From the NCBI RefSeq assembly GCF_035594765.1, contig NC_085846.1, positions 10,961,190-11,025,189 on the forward strand: 64,000 nucleotides of DNA. Reading direction: 5' to 3'. The position numbers were made by a program, and so were the translations under genes. Below, piece by piece: positions 35,485-48,100 of this stretch. Below the pieces are notes generated by a model. That model did not search any database and was not told the origin of the DNA. It saw only the letters and a list, made by a program, of their open reading frames with translations. The first letter of the stretch is position 1. Each line of letters begins with the position of its first letter. Source of the stretch: Anolis carolinensis (lineage: Eukaryota).

Positions 35485-38088
35485 TGTAAACCCCTAAACT
35501 TTACCATTCCGAACCCTTTAATAAATGGTGTCTATTTTTCCTGATTTTTTTTTTTTTGCTAACCTGTATCTTTCTATGTACTGCATCTATCTCTTGTATA
35601 TAAAATATATAAAGTGCTTTATAAAATGTATCAAGACATAGCCCAGAAACAGTCAACTCTCCATTACTTGGGAAAGATAATTCCCTGAGAACGGAAAGGC
35701 TGGGCAAACCCCACTGGCTGTTTCCCAAGCCAGATAATCATCAGACCCATTGTTTACATGTATTCGGAAATAGGTGACTTCCCATGTCAGCCCAGATAAA
35801 CCCAAAACAGCACAGATCCTAGCCTGCCTTTTTTCCCCAACCAGTCAGGGAAGGGAGCGGGAAGTCTGAATAGCTGTCAGTACTGTATAAGATGTCTTGT
35901 ATTTCTCTGTTTGTTTATACTTGTACATTTTAAAGTAAATTGCATCCTTTTTGGCCAAATCGTAATCTATATATATAAAAGAGTGATGGCATCACGGCAA
36001 TTCACAAAACAACAAAAGTACAGGCCCCCCAACCTCAAAATTTGACAACACAACCCATCATCCATGCCTCAAGGTTGATACAACAAAAAGAAAAGAAAAA
36101 TAAAGTCCTAATTAGAGGGAGAGCAATAATTTTTTTTATCCAATTGCTGCCACTTTAGAGGGCTAATCTCTGCCCACTTGGTTGCCTAGCAACCAGCCAA
36201 GGGACAGCCAGGTTTCAGTTAGGGGACAGGCAGATTTAGGCCTCACTGAGTATTCTTCCACAGATTATCTAATTTGCACTGGATTATATGGCAGTGTAGA
36301 CTCAAGGCCCTTCCACACAGCTATATAACCCATTTATAATCTTATATTATCTGCTTTGCACTGGATTATCTTGACTCCACACTACCATATAATCCACTTC
36401 AGTGTGCATTTTATACAGCTGTGAAGAAGGAGCCTCATATAATCCAGTTCTGAGCAGATAATATAAGATTAGAAATATACAGTAGAGTCTCACTTATCCA
36501 ACGTAAACAGGCCGGCAGGATAAGTGAATATGTTGGATAATAAGAAGGGATTCAGGAAAAGCCAATTAAACATCAAATTAGGTAATCGTTATACAAATTA
36601 AGCACCAAAACATCATATTATACAACAAATTTGACAGAAAAAGTAGTTCCATGCGCAGTAATGCTATGTAGTATTTACAGTAGAGTCTCACTTATCCAAC
36701 ACTCGCTTATCCAAAGTTCTGGATTATCCAACGCATTTTTGTAGTCAATGCTTTCAATATATCGTGATATTTTGGTGCTAAATTCTTAAATACAGTAATT
36801 TCTACATAGAATTACTGCGTATTGAACTACTTTTTCTTCCAAATTTGTTGTCTAACATGATGTTTTGGTCCTTAATTTGTGAAATCATAACTTAATTTGA
36901 TGTTTGATAGGCTTATCCTTAATCCCTCCTTATTATCCAACATATTCGCTTATCCAACATTCTGCCGGCCCGTTTATGTTGGATAAGTGAGAATCTACTG
37001 TACTGTATTTACAAATTTACCACTAAAATATCACAAGGAATTTAAAACACTGACTACAAAAACATTGATTATGAAAAGGCAGACTGCGTTGGATAATCCA
37101 GAACATTGTATAAGCGAATGTTGGATAAGTGAGATTCTTCTTTAATATGAAATAATTACTGGGATAGAATAATGCAGAACAATATAATCTCTAAAACCAG
37201 GACAGTAAATAAACAGGGGAAATCCACACAGGAAACAATCAGGGCCAGCTAACACCTCCCAACAAAGTATTCCCATCATCAAAGTCTGGCAAATCCTCTG
37301 TTTTCTCAGGGCCACAGACAGTAGAAGCACATAAAATATCACAAACAACACCACTCTGAAAACAAGGGAATTCCAGACAGGAAACAATCAGGGCCAGCTA
37401 ACACCTCCCAACAAAAAATTCACTCAGTGAAACAGCCAGGCTTTAAAGCTGCAAGGCCATTACATCCTAATCATTTTTCCTAATTGCAGCATTCATACTT
37501 GCCTCCAACAAACAAAAAAACCAATCAGAAATATTGTATATTCACAACCTTTAGGAAATAATATCCCCTGATGGCACAGCGTGTTAAAGCGCTGAGCTGC
37601 TGAACTTCTGGACCGAAAGGCCGCAGGTTTGAATTGGGGGAGCGGAGAGAGCCCCCACTGTTAGCTCCAGCTTCTGCCAACCCAGAAGTTTGAAAACATG
37701 TAAATGTGAGTGCATCAATAGGTACTGCTCCGGCGGGAAGGTAACGCCGCTCCATGTAGTCATCCCACATGACCTTGGAGGAGTCTACGGACAACGCCGG
37801 CTCTTCGGCTTAGAAATGGAGATGAGCACCAACCCCCAGAGTCAGACACGACTGGACTTAATGTCAGGGGAAAACCTTTACCCTTTACCTTAACTACCAC
37901 CAATTCCTCAATACTTTATTTCCCATACCACCAGACTTCGCCACAGCAACGCGTGGCTGGGCACAGCTAGTAAACCTCTATGGCTTGTCTTCAAACTGAT
38001 GAGTTGGTTTCTCTGTCCTGACCTATCTAGTTTAGCATATGCCTACCAGGCACAGATCCTCTTATCCGCGATCCTAGCTAACCACTAC
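35485..38088 (+). mobile_element. Probable solo LTR split by a Helitron
   Basis: TATA-like CTGTATAAGA at ~35885; AATAAA is restored when the Helitron is removed; ends ...CCACTACA; 5' boundary uncertain. Confidence 0.45.
35966..37970 (+). mobile_element. Non-autonomous composite Helitron
   Basis: 5' TC start (TCTATATATATAAAA), 3' hairpin GCCAC..GTGGC then CTAG; inserted between A and T with no TSD; contains MITE, Penelope and Sauria SINE (37567-37890) pieces. Confidence 0.85.
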
Positions 38089-40958
38089 AATATCAGTTAG
38101 CCAAAAGCCACTATAGATTCAAATGCTATCTGTTAAATGCCCATGAGTTTGGAACCTTCTCCAAACTCTATCCAGGTCAGAGCTTGGAATAATTATTTTT
38201 TCGAATTACAACTCCTGTAATTCCCAAGCTGATTGAAAGATTCTGGGATTTGGCATCCTAAAGGTATTTCTCCTGTCACCACAAAGGCTCTAGCAGGTAT
38301 TCTCTCTGCTTTGGCTTATCCGGCAGCATCTCTCAGTAGAGGCGCATCTCGAACAATGGTTGAAATCCATGTTTGGACTCTTCATCTCACTCTGGAGACA
38401 AAGACCCTCTGAGATTTCAGTGTAGGGAGTTGAGATATCAGTCTTTCAGCAGCCAACTGCCCTTCAGAAGAAAAGAAGTGATTGTTCTCACAAGCGGAAA
38501 CAGGTATGTTTGCAGCAATTTATGGTATTGTGCCTTCATCCCAATTTTTCCTCATCAAATTTCTCATCATTGAAAGAGATCTCTCTTATGGGCTCTGTCT
38601 CCTAACTGCTGCACTTAGCTATCCTTCCTAAAGGCAGGAATGGGACTCAGGACACTAGATAATGCTTTTGGATAATTCCAGATCTTTAGACAGTTACTTT
38701 TGGGGACCATGAATCCCAATATCCCTTCCAAGTGTCTCGGCAACTCTAGGAGCTTGTTTCTAGAAAACAGCATTTCTAAGATCTGGGCAATTGAGATAGT
38801 GTCAGTTCTAATGGTGAAAGGAATAACAGGTTTCTAAAGCTTTATTGGCATACATTCATATAGACCTAGAACTCATTATATATTGGATAATAATTGAATT
38901 CAGCCTTACAGAAATTGAAATAATTGATTTTTAAGTATATAGCTTTTTATATGCTTATAATTCAACCAATGAAAACAGAATCTCCTTAATTTCTCTCTGC
39001 ACTCATTTGGAATGTCAGAAGGTAACATTACCGATGTCATCTCTGAAAGTGTCCAAACATGCGGTAAGGTATTTTATTAAACCTGTCTTTGCAGTTTATT
39101 GTTTTTTGTTCTCACTTGTAAATCCAAAGCTGGGTGGGATGGAGTATTATTGAATCATTATGCTAGTGTCTGCAGCTTTTCCAGTCACCCAATGGCAGTG
39201 GAGGAAAGCAGGTATAATTTGCTCCAAACAATCCATTTTCTCCAATGCCTACCTTATTAAATGACCACAGTCAGAATGACTTGTCCCAATGTCACCATGG
39301 TCTAAGTGTTGGACTCGGACACTGGGAAGTGAGGGTTCAAACACTTGGGCAAATCACATACTGTACTCTTAGAGGAAGGCAATGGCAAACCTCCCTTGAA
39401 TACAGCTTTCTAACAAAACCCTGTGATAGAGTTTCCATTAGTCAGAGTTCAATTGAAGTCATATAACAAAAACAAAAGTCCTCTACACTACAGTGTTTAA
39501 TCCTATGCTAAAGATAAAAAAGCATAAAACAATAATAGGCACATAAGCCATACTTAGAAAAATTATGTTGGATGTACTATAGGTCCTAGAACTACTTAAG
39601 AGGACTACAACCCTGAAGGCCTCTAGGCAGTTTAGATGGTTTTAGTCCATCCAGAGTAAGGTTTGCAAGTACAGTAGAGTCTCATTTATCCAAGATTCTG
39701 GATTATCTAAGGCATTTTTGTAGTCAATGTTTTCAATATATCGTGATATTTTGGTGCTAAATTCGTAAATACAGTAATTATAACATAACATTACTGCATA
39801 TTGAACTACTTTTTCTGTCAAATTTGTTGTATAACATGATGTTTTGGTGCTTAATTTGTAAAATCATAACCTAATGTGATGTTTAATAGGCTTTTCCTTA
39901 ATCCCACCTTATTGTCCAAGATATTCGCTTATCCAAGGTTCTGCCAGCCTGTTTAGCTTGGATAAGTGAAACTCTACTGTACTGTTAATGTTCCTGAAGT
40001 TTTTGGTTTTTTTTTTTTTTTTGCTTGTGCTTCTTCCTGGACAAACTGGTAGGAATGCAACAAGAATTAAGAAGGGGCACATTGCTGTGGAAGTTACAAG
40101 TGGGATGTGGGGGGATTGCATGTTTTAAAATTCGTTTTAATTATATTTATTGTATTTTAGCTGTATTTTTAACCTAACATTTACAGTAATGTTTAATTGT
40201 TTATTTGCTTTTGTTTTACATTTATCAACGTGTGTAGTTTTAAGCTGTCTTAAGTCCCCTCGGGGAGAAAGGTGTGGTGTGAATAAAGTAAATAATGATG
40301 ATGATGATGATTTCATGAACCTTTCAAATAATCTCTGTGTGTGTGTGTGTGTGTGTGTGTATTTGGTCATTTATTGTGAGCCAAGAATTTCACAGAATTT
40401 TTTTAGCCAAGGAATTCATATTTTAAAGTTTGACCCTTTTTCTCTTCTCTGAACATTTTTAAACAGGGGCTCAGGGCGTTATCTGTCGGGAGTGTTTTGA
40501 TTGTGTATTGCTGCATGGCAGGATGAGGTTGAACTGGATGGTCCTTGTAGGTCTCTTTCAACTATATACAGTAGAGTCTCACTTATCTAACATAAACGGG
40601 CCAGCAGAACGTTGGATAAGTGAATATGTTAGATAATAAGGAGGAATTAAGGAAAAGCCTATTAAACATCAAATTAGGTTATGATTTTACAAATTAAGCA
40701 CCAAAACATCATGTTATACAACAAATTTGACAGAAAAAGTAGTTTAATACGCAGTAATGTTATGTTGTAATTACTGTATTTACAAATTTAGCACCAAAAT
40801 ATCACGATGTTTTGAAAACATTGACTACAAAAATGCGTTGAATAATCCAGAACGTTGGATAAGCGAGTGTTGGATACGTGAGACTCTACTATATATAATT
40901 CTATGTATCTCCCTCTTTGCTTCTTGCAAAATCACAGGGCCACCTCTTTTCCAACCAG

Positions 40959-41885
40959 GCAAACGAAACCGACTTGGTGACTGGCTTTGTTCTCTTGGGC
41001 TTCCCATCCCTCTCATGGCCATTCCACCTGCTGCTTTGCTCTCTGCTCTCCACCTGCTATGCCTTCACCTTGTTGGGCAACCTGTGCATCGTGTGGGCCA
41101 TTCTCTGGGACTCTCGCCTCACCCGCCTCCCCATGTACATCCTCCTGGGCAACTTTTCAGGGCTGGAAATGTGCTACGTAACCACCACGGTGCCCCGAAT
41201 GCTGTCAGATCTGGTGTCCCTGCAGCCAAGCATCATCTCCTTCCAAGGCTGCTTCCTCCAGTTCTACTTCTTCTTCTCTATGGGGACCACCGAGAGCTTC
41301 CTCCTTGCTGCAATGGCCTTGGATCGCTACTTGGCTATCTCCCACCCATTGCGTTACCCCATCCTCATGTCGCCACGCTTTTGTGTCAACTTGGCGGCTT
41401 CCTGCTGGGTCTCTGGGTTCCTTTGGTTCCTGGTGCCCATCGTGCTGATTTCCCAGCTCCGTTTCTGTGGCTCCAATCTCCTCGACCATTTTATCTGCGA
41501 CCCGGGACCACTGCTGTCTGCGTCCTGCTCTCCAGCTCCCCGCACAGAGTTGGCCTTCTACTGCCTCAGCTCCGTTGCTATCTTTGGCCCATTCCTCTTC
41601 ATCGTGGGATCCTACACCGCAGTCCTGCGGGCAGTGATGAGGTTGTCTTCTACTGTGACGAGGAAGAAGGCCTTTTCCACCTGTACCTCCCACCTGGCCG
41701 TGGTGAGCCTTTTCTATGGATCCATCATGGTCACCTACGTCACCCCCAAAGCTTCTGGAGGCAGCAACAAAGTGGTGACCCTCTTCTATTCAGTGGTGAC
41801 CCCTATGCTCAACCCACTTATCTACAGCCTGAGGAACAGGGAGATGAAGGATGCCCTAAGGAGGACAATATTAGGGGGAAACTAG
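40959..41885 (+). CDS. Olfactory receptor, OR11G/OR11H-like; coding exon lacks an in-frame ATG
   Basis: Open frame 40917-41885 with PMYILLGNFS, CFLQFYFFFS, DHFICDPGPLL, KAFSTCTSHLAVVSLFYG, PMLNPLIYSLRN. In-frame TAA at 40896; phase-0 acceptors at 40937 and 40958. Confidence 0.8.
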   Translation, partial: ANETDLVTGFVLLGFPSLSWPFHLLLCSLLSTCYAFTLLGNLCIVWAILWDSRLTRLPMYILLGNFSGLEMCYVTTTVPRMLSDLVSLQPSIISFQGCFLQFYFFFSMGTTESFLLAAMALDRYLAISHPLRYPILMSPRFCVNLAASCWVSGFLWFLVPIVLISQLRFCGSNLLDHFICDPGPLLSASCSPAPRTELAFYCLSSVAIFGPFLFIVGSYTAVLRAVMRLSSTVTRKKAFSTCTSHLAVVSLFYGSIMVTYVTPKASGGSNKVVTLFYSVVTPMLNPLIYSLRNREMKDALRRTILGGN

Positions 41886-42080
41886 GTGCAGTGATCCAGG
41901 GATGGTTGGTGTGGATCTTGGCCAGGAAATCAGGACCTTTCTACCTGTAGAACATATCACTACTGGTTGAAATAGTTCCCCACTCCCCCAAATATGTTAT
42001 TAATTTGTATATGACCACCATACTAGCAGGACCAGTACCTAGTTTCTATCCAACACAATATCTCTAGTAATTTTCTAGTC

Positions 42081-42213
42081 CTCACAACCTCTGAGGATGC
42101 CTGCCATAGATGTGGGTGAAACGTCAGGAGAGAATACTTCTGGAACATGGCCACACAGCCCGAAAGACATACAACAACCCTGTGATCCCGGCCATGAAAG
42201 CCTTCGACAACAC
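42081..42213 (+). mobile_element. Solo Penelope-like pLTR
   Basis: 12-bp TSD AATTTTCTAGTC (42069-42080 and 42214-42225). Confidence 0.85.
42088..42128 (+). ncRNA. Minimal type I hammerhead ribozyme motif (Penelope-associated)
   Basis: CCU-CUGAGGA(U)-stem II GCCUGC/GUGGGU-GAAAC-GUC^AGG; palindromic ACGU helix III; predicted cleavage after 42125. Confidence 0.65.
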
Positions 42214-42814
42214 AATTTTCTAGTCTGCTCTGAACTACTTTATTTCTTATATTGATATGCATTTCCTCCCATATAAACATCTCTAAAAATGGTAAGCGTC
42301 TTAAATTGAGAGGGTATATATGTGTGTGTATATATAGGGGTTTTTTTCTGTCAGTGGTGCTGATATTAGTGTGCATCTTACAATCGATAGCATCTTGGGA
42401 TCAAAGAAATGCGGTATTAATACAGAATATTTAAAAAACATAAAGATCTATTGTATTTGAAACACCATATGGTACGTTGTTGGTATTTGTACATTGCCGT
42501 ATCTTGTTCATGATTCTCTTTCTATATCATCATTTCCTGCCCCAGATATTTAATTATAATTTGTTATACTTTGAACTATAACACCCAGGATCCCCCAACT
42601 AGTCCTGCCCCAAGTCTTGAAGATTTCTAGGAATTGGAATCCAACAAAGTGACTTTCCACTCTCTGAGAACGCAGGTTGTTAAAGGCATTAGTTGCCACA
42701 TTCATTTCAGAAAGAGGGGCAACAATCAAAGTCTTGGGCTGGAATTGGGAATATAATACAGCGATTCGCTTTAATTCTCTATCCTATCAAATTGGGGGGA
42801 TTTGTAAATAAAGG

Positions 42815-43165
42815 ACACTAAATAAAGAACAACACTCAGAAGACAGGGGAATTCCAGACAAGAAACAATCAGGGCCAGTTAATACCTCCCAACAAAGGAT
42901 TCCCCCAGGCAGGAAGCAGCCAGGCTTTGAAGCTACGCTATTCAATGCTAATCAAGGTGGCCAAGTGCAACATGCACACTTGCCTCAAATAGACAAAGAG
43001 TTTTTTTCCCCACCCTAGACATTATTCCAGATATATAAACCCAAATTGCTTAGTTTCCAAGACCTGACAACCTCTGAGGTTGCCTGCCATAGATGTAGGT
43101 GAAACGTCAGGAGTGAGTGCTTCTGGAACATGGCCATACAGCCTGGAAAACTCACAGCAACCCAG
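42815..43165 (+). mobile_element. Penelope-like element 3' UTR/pLTR
   Basis: Same family as 10735, 46387-46920 (minus) and 56030-56340; hammerhead core mutated (CUGAGGU). Confidence 0.75.
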
Positions 43166-44236
43166 GGGATTTTGTAGTTTAGAGAGCGGTTGTTTAGCAT
43201 TCTCAGCCAGGGAAACTGTGGTGCATCACCAAATTGAAAATCCCAAAACTCCACAGGATGCAGCCATGGCGGTTAAAATTGGAATTATAGTATTGTATTT
43301 GCGTAATGTGAAAATACCCCTGGTCTCTCACACTCCTCCAATTCCCAGTATAGTAGAAAAGAAACTGCCGTCTCAAGAGGAAATAGTTGCAGAAGTTCAC
43401 AAGAAAAGTTACCATCAGGAAGAAACAAATGTGTCCTGACATAATTAGCTTATGCCCACATTTGCACTTTTCTCCTTGCACTTCCCTGAGAGAGCCAATT
43501 AAGAAGGGAAGCCTTGAGGAGGAGCAATTCCATCCCAAGGAGCCAAAGTTCTGCCATTAAGCAAAACTCAAGTCAGTTCTTTACGACTGTAAATGAGAAC
43601 AGGTCATAGAAATGTTACTTTAGTTTTCAAGGAAAAACAAATTTATGGATTGGTAAACTGTGTAGGGGAAAACCTGCGAGTCAAGAGGCAAATATTGGGC
43701 TGAATTTGGCTCCGACACACCTACCCGTCTGCAACTTAAAACAATTAGACGTAGTCCTCTCTTTTGGAAGAGTAAAGAACAAGCTGAACCCTTTAGATAT
43801 TTAAAGAGTGAAATCACGTCAGCCCTCAGCCTTCTCTTCACTAAGTGGAAATAAAATTTATTTTCAACTTGGTTGAGCCATTCTATTTGTGTCACTTATA
43901 ACTGATTTTTTTTAAATTATGTCAGAAGTGAATTAAGTATGTACTGCAAGTCGCTTCTGGTGTGAGAGAATCCGTTGTCTACAAAGACGTTGCCCAGGGG
44001 ATGCCTGGATGTGTTACCATCCTGTGAGAGGCTTCTCTCATGTCCCCACATGGGAAGCTGGGGCTGACAGATGGGAGCTCACCCTGTCTCACAGATTATA
44101 ATTGCCGACCTTCAGGTCTTCAGGTCAGCCGGCACGAGGGTTTAACCCATTGCACCACCGCAGCTCCTACTTCTAATTGGTAAGCAATATACTGTATATA
44201 CAAAAACAAAGCACTCCTGAATGGTAACAAATACAA

Positions 44237-44242
44237 TTTATT
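44237..44242 (-). terminator. Candidate polyadenylation signal of TTC5
   Basis: AATAAA on the minus strand ~830 nt after the stop, followed by GT-rich sequence. Confidence 0.5.
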
Positions 44243-45073
44243 GGTAGGGGCAAGGGGGAAAAAAGGCCAGAAATCTGGAAAATTATATATAAAATTACAG
44301 AAACAATCTCATCATTTTACCAAATAAATATGGATATTATTATTGCCTATATATACAAAATAAAATACATCGGATTGGATCCTGGTTCGTCACATTTACA
44401 GCAGACCCACTGAAAACACTGGCATTTCAGTACTGTCTTCAGTGGTATTTCCAATAAATATGACTCAGATGGGATTCAACCCAATGGAGCTTACAAAAAC
44501 ACACACACAAAGATAAACAAACAGAAGAGCGCAAGGAAAGTGAGTGCCTACGTTCAAATAAAATGGGCCGACGGTTCCCAATGGGAAGGGTCAGAGAAAA
44601 AGAGAAGCAACGTGGCTAGGAAAGCCTTTAACCTGGCTCAGGAAGCATAACTTTAATACAGCAATGGATTAAGGCACAGGGTCAGTTGCTGTGGAATTGA
44701 CAAGGAACAAAACAAGAGGGTTAAAAGCCTAAGTGGGGGTTACGCCCCCTGCGACCCTTTTCTCTGCTTCTCTTACTCCATTTTCTAATGCCCAGAAATG
44801 TTATAAGTTTAAAAAAAAAGATTTTGCATGTACAAACTTTGGCCCTCCGGGTGTTTTGGACTTCAACTCCACAATTCCTAACAGCCTACCGGCTGGGTTG
44901 TTGTGTGTCTTTCGGGCTGTTAGGAATTGTGGGAGTTGAAGTCCAAAACACCCGGAGGGCCAAAGTTTGCACATGCCTGGGTTAACATCTTCTGAGAGGT
45001 AGCAGGGACCAAGCACCGCTGGAGGGAGGGAGCAGTTCTCTCTTTGCAAACTCTTTTCTCCTCCATCGCGTCC

Positions 45074-45193
45074 TCATTCGCTCTGTGCCTGGTAGGCCAC
45101 AGTGGCAGCAGCCTGGCTCTGGGCTCCTTGCACTTTGCTATTCACCACCAGCAGCAAAGGGGTTTCCACCCGGATGCCAGAGAAATCGAAACT
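45074..45193 (-). CDS. TTC5: TTC5 exon 10
   Basis: [39 protein letters not shown]. Confidence 0.93.
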   Translation of the reverse strand, partial: SFDFSGIRVETPLLLVVNSKVQGAQSQAAATVAYQAQSE

Positions 45194-48100
45194 CTGAAAA
45201 GGTGGAAGAAGAAAAAAAAAAGGGGGGGGGGATGGCAGTCAATCAAAATGCAACCAGTTCGATCCTAAGTCTACGGACAACTGTGAAGTAAGGAATCTCT
45301 ATTCCACCAGATTCCCTTTCATAAAGGTGGAAGGTACTCAAGGGCCACATAATCCAACCCCAACAGGCAAGGAGGCACAACTAAAGCAATCCTGGAAAAA
45401 ACAAACAATAATGTCCAATGTGTTGTCGAAGACTTTCATGGCCGGAAGCACTGGGTTGCTGTGAGTTTTCCAGGCTGTACAACCATGTTCCAGAAGGATT
45501 CTCTCCTGACGTTTCACCCACATCTATGGCAGGCATTCTCAGAGATTTTGAAGTACCGTATATACTCGAATATAAGCCGACCCGAATATAAGCTGAGGCA
45601 TCTAATTTTACCACAAAAAAACTGGGAAATCATTGACTCAGGTATAAGCCAAGGGTGGGAAATTTCAGAAATAAAAATAGATACCAAAAATTACATTAAT
45701 TGAGGCATCAGTAAGTTAAATTACTGTAAGTTAAGTTAAATTATTAAGTTAATAATTTTTAACTGATTTATATGGCACTGTATAATTTTTATATATGCGT
45801 TTTATTGTAAGCTGCCCTGAGTCCCCTGTTGGGTGAGAAGGGCGGGATATAAATATTGTAATAAATAAATAAATAAATAATAAATGTTTTTGAATATTTA
45901 CATCAAGCTCTAATTTAAGATAAGACTGTCTAACTCTGATTAAATCATTATTCTCATCTTCTTCAATGTAAATGTGCTTTTGTATCCTTTTAATAATAAT
46001 AGAGTAAAATAATACATGTAATAATAATAATAAATACAGGAAAATAATACATGTAATAATAAATAGAGTAGAATAATAAATGTCATAATAATAAGATCAG
46101 AGTGAAATAATAAATGTCATAATAATAAAAATAGAGTAAAATAAATGTAATAGTAGCACCAATAATAAAGTACAATAATAAATGTCATAATAATAGAGTA
46201 AAATAATAAATGTAATAATACCAATAATCATAGAGAAAAATAATAAATGTACCATATATTCTCAAGTATAAGCTGACCCAAATATAAGCCAACCAGGATC
46301 CTCACCCGAGTATAAGCTGAAGGGGGCTTTTTTAGTCCTAAAAAAAGGGCTGAAAAACTAGGCTTATACTCAAGTATATACAGTATATTGGAAACTAGGT
46401 CAGTGAGGTTTATATATATGTGGAAGGTACAAGGTGGGAGAAAGAACTCTTATCTGTTGGAGGCAAGTGTGAATGTTGCAATTAATCACCACGATTAGCA
46501 TTAAATAGCCTTGCAGTTTCAAAGCCTGGCTGATTCCTGCCTGGGAGGAATCCTTTGTTGGGAGGCGTTAGCTGGCCCTGACTGTTTCATGTCTGGAATT
46601 CCCATGTTTTCAGAGTGTTGCTTTTTATTTACTGTCTGATTTTAGAGTTTTTGAATACCGGTAGCCAAATTTTGTTCGTTTTCATGGTTTCCTCCTTTCT
46701 ATTGAAATTGTCCACATGCCTGTGGATCTCGGTGGCTTCTCTGTGTAGCCTTGACATGGTGGTTTTTAGGGTGGTCAAGCATGTCTGTGTTCTCAAATAA
46801 TATGCGGTGCCCAAATTGATTCCTCAAGTGCTCTTCTACTCTGCTATGGCTGACTTCTCTGGTTGAGTTAGTCTGCAGTGCCTTTCATGTTCCTTGATTC
46901 GTGTTTGGGCAATGCTGCGTGTGGACCTTCCAGATTTATAAACTTCACTGGCCTAGTTTCCAATATACCTCCCAACCTCTGAGGATGCCTACCATAGATG
47001 TGGGCAAAACGTCAGGAGAGAATGCTTCTGGAACATGTCCATGCAGCCTGGAAAACTCACAGCAACCCAATAATATCCAACTTAGGTTTAAAGGCCTCCA
47101 AAGAAGAAGGGTCTATTGCTCAAAGGCAATCCACTGTTGAATAGCAATTGCATTAAAAACAACAACTTTGTCCTACTGTTTATTTATAGCTGAATTGTGA
47201 AGGCTGTTTCCCAAAGGTACCACCAAATCCATCTGAACTAAAAAATTCATAGGATTCAGGGGGAAATTGTGCTGATGATGTGCATTCTTTTGCTATAAAA
47301 TGCAATTTTCCAAGCTCTGGAGTAAAGTGATTTCATATAATGTGTTGTCGAAAGATTTCATGGCCAGAATCACTGGGTTGCTGTGAGTTTTCTGGGATGT
47401 ATGGCCATGTACCAGAAGCATATGGAACATGGCCATACAGCCTGGAAAACTCACAGCAACCCAGTGATTTCATACACTTCAATAGTTTTGATCTGTGCAT
47501 AATATTTTACTCCTAGCCAATGTTTCTGGATTTACTACCTCTTGGAAACAAACGCCACAATTGTGTTTTAAGTTTTTTTATAAGCAGGTGTTTAGCTGTG
47601 TTTGGTTTTAATCTTGTTGTAAACTACTTTAGGTCCCACTTCAGAAGAAAGGCAAGACTAGATAAGTCCATAGGTGAAACTGAAGATCTTTAAATATATT
47701 GTCACAATATCAGCCAGAGATTGTCTACAAAGACTTTCCCCCTTTTTCTTCTCTCTCACTCTGAATGGTTAAGTTCTACTAGCACCAAAAACAAAAAAAA
47801 ACCTGTATGGGCAAGGGTGAAAATCCATGCCAGATTGGACAGAGCTGTAAGCCTTGAATTCCTGAATAGTTACAACCTTAGATCACACCCCACTCTGAGG
47901 ACAAGAATCTCACTCTTGAAACATCATACCACTTTGGGGTGAGCTGAACTTGCCTTGCCTTGATGCTGGATGTGATGGTGCCGAAGATGAGGTTCAGGAA
48001 TGGCCACAGAGTCTCCAATCAGAACCCCCCAGCTTTGTGCCATGTTGTAAACAGTAACAGCAAAACAAGGGCCGTCGAAGGAGTCGGTCAGGCCAAACGT

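Noticed and set aside
37567-37645. tRNA-like A/B boxes
   Set aside because: Head of a Sauria SINE; no complete cloverleaf
40757-41950. 397-aa ORF overlapping the last OR in another frame
   Set aside because: Starts inside a MITE and is low-complexity L/P/H-rich. C-rich third positions of the OR suppress stops in this frame.
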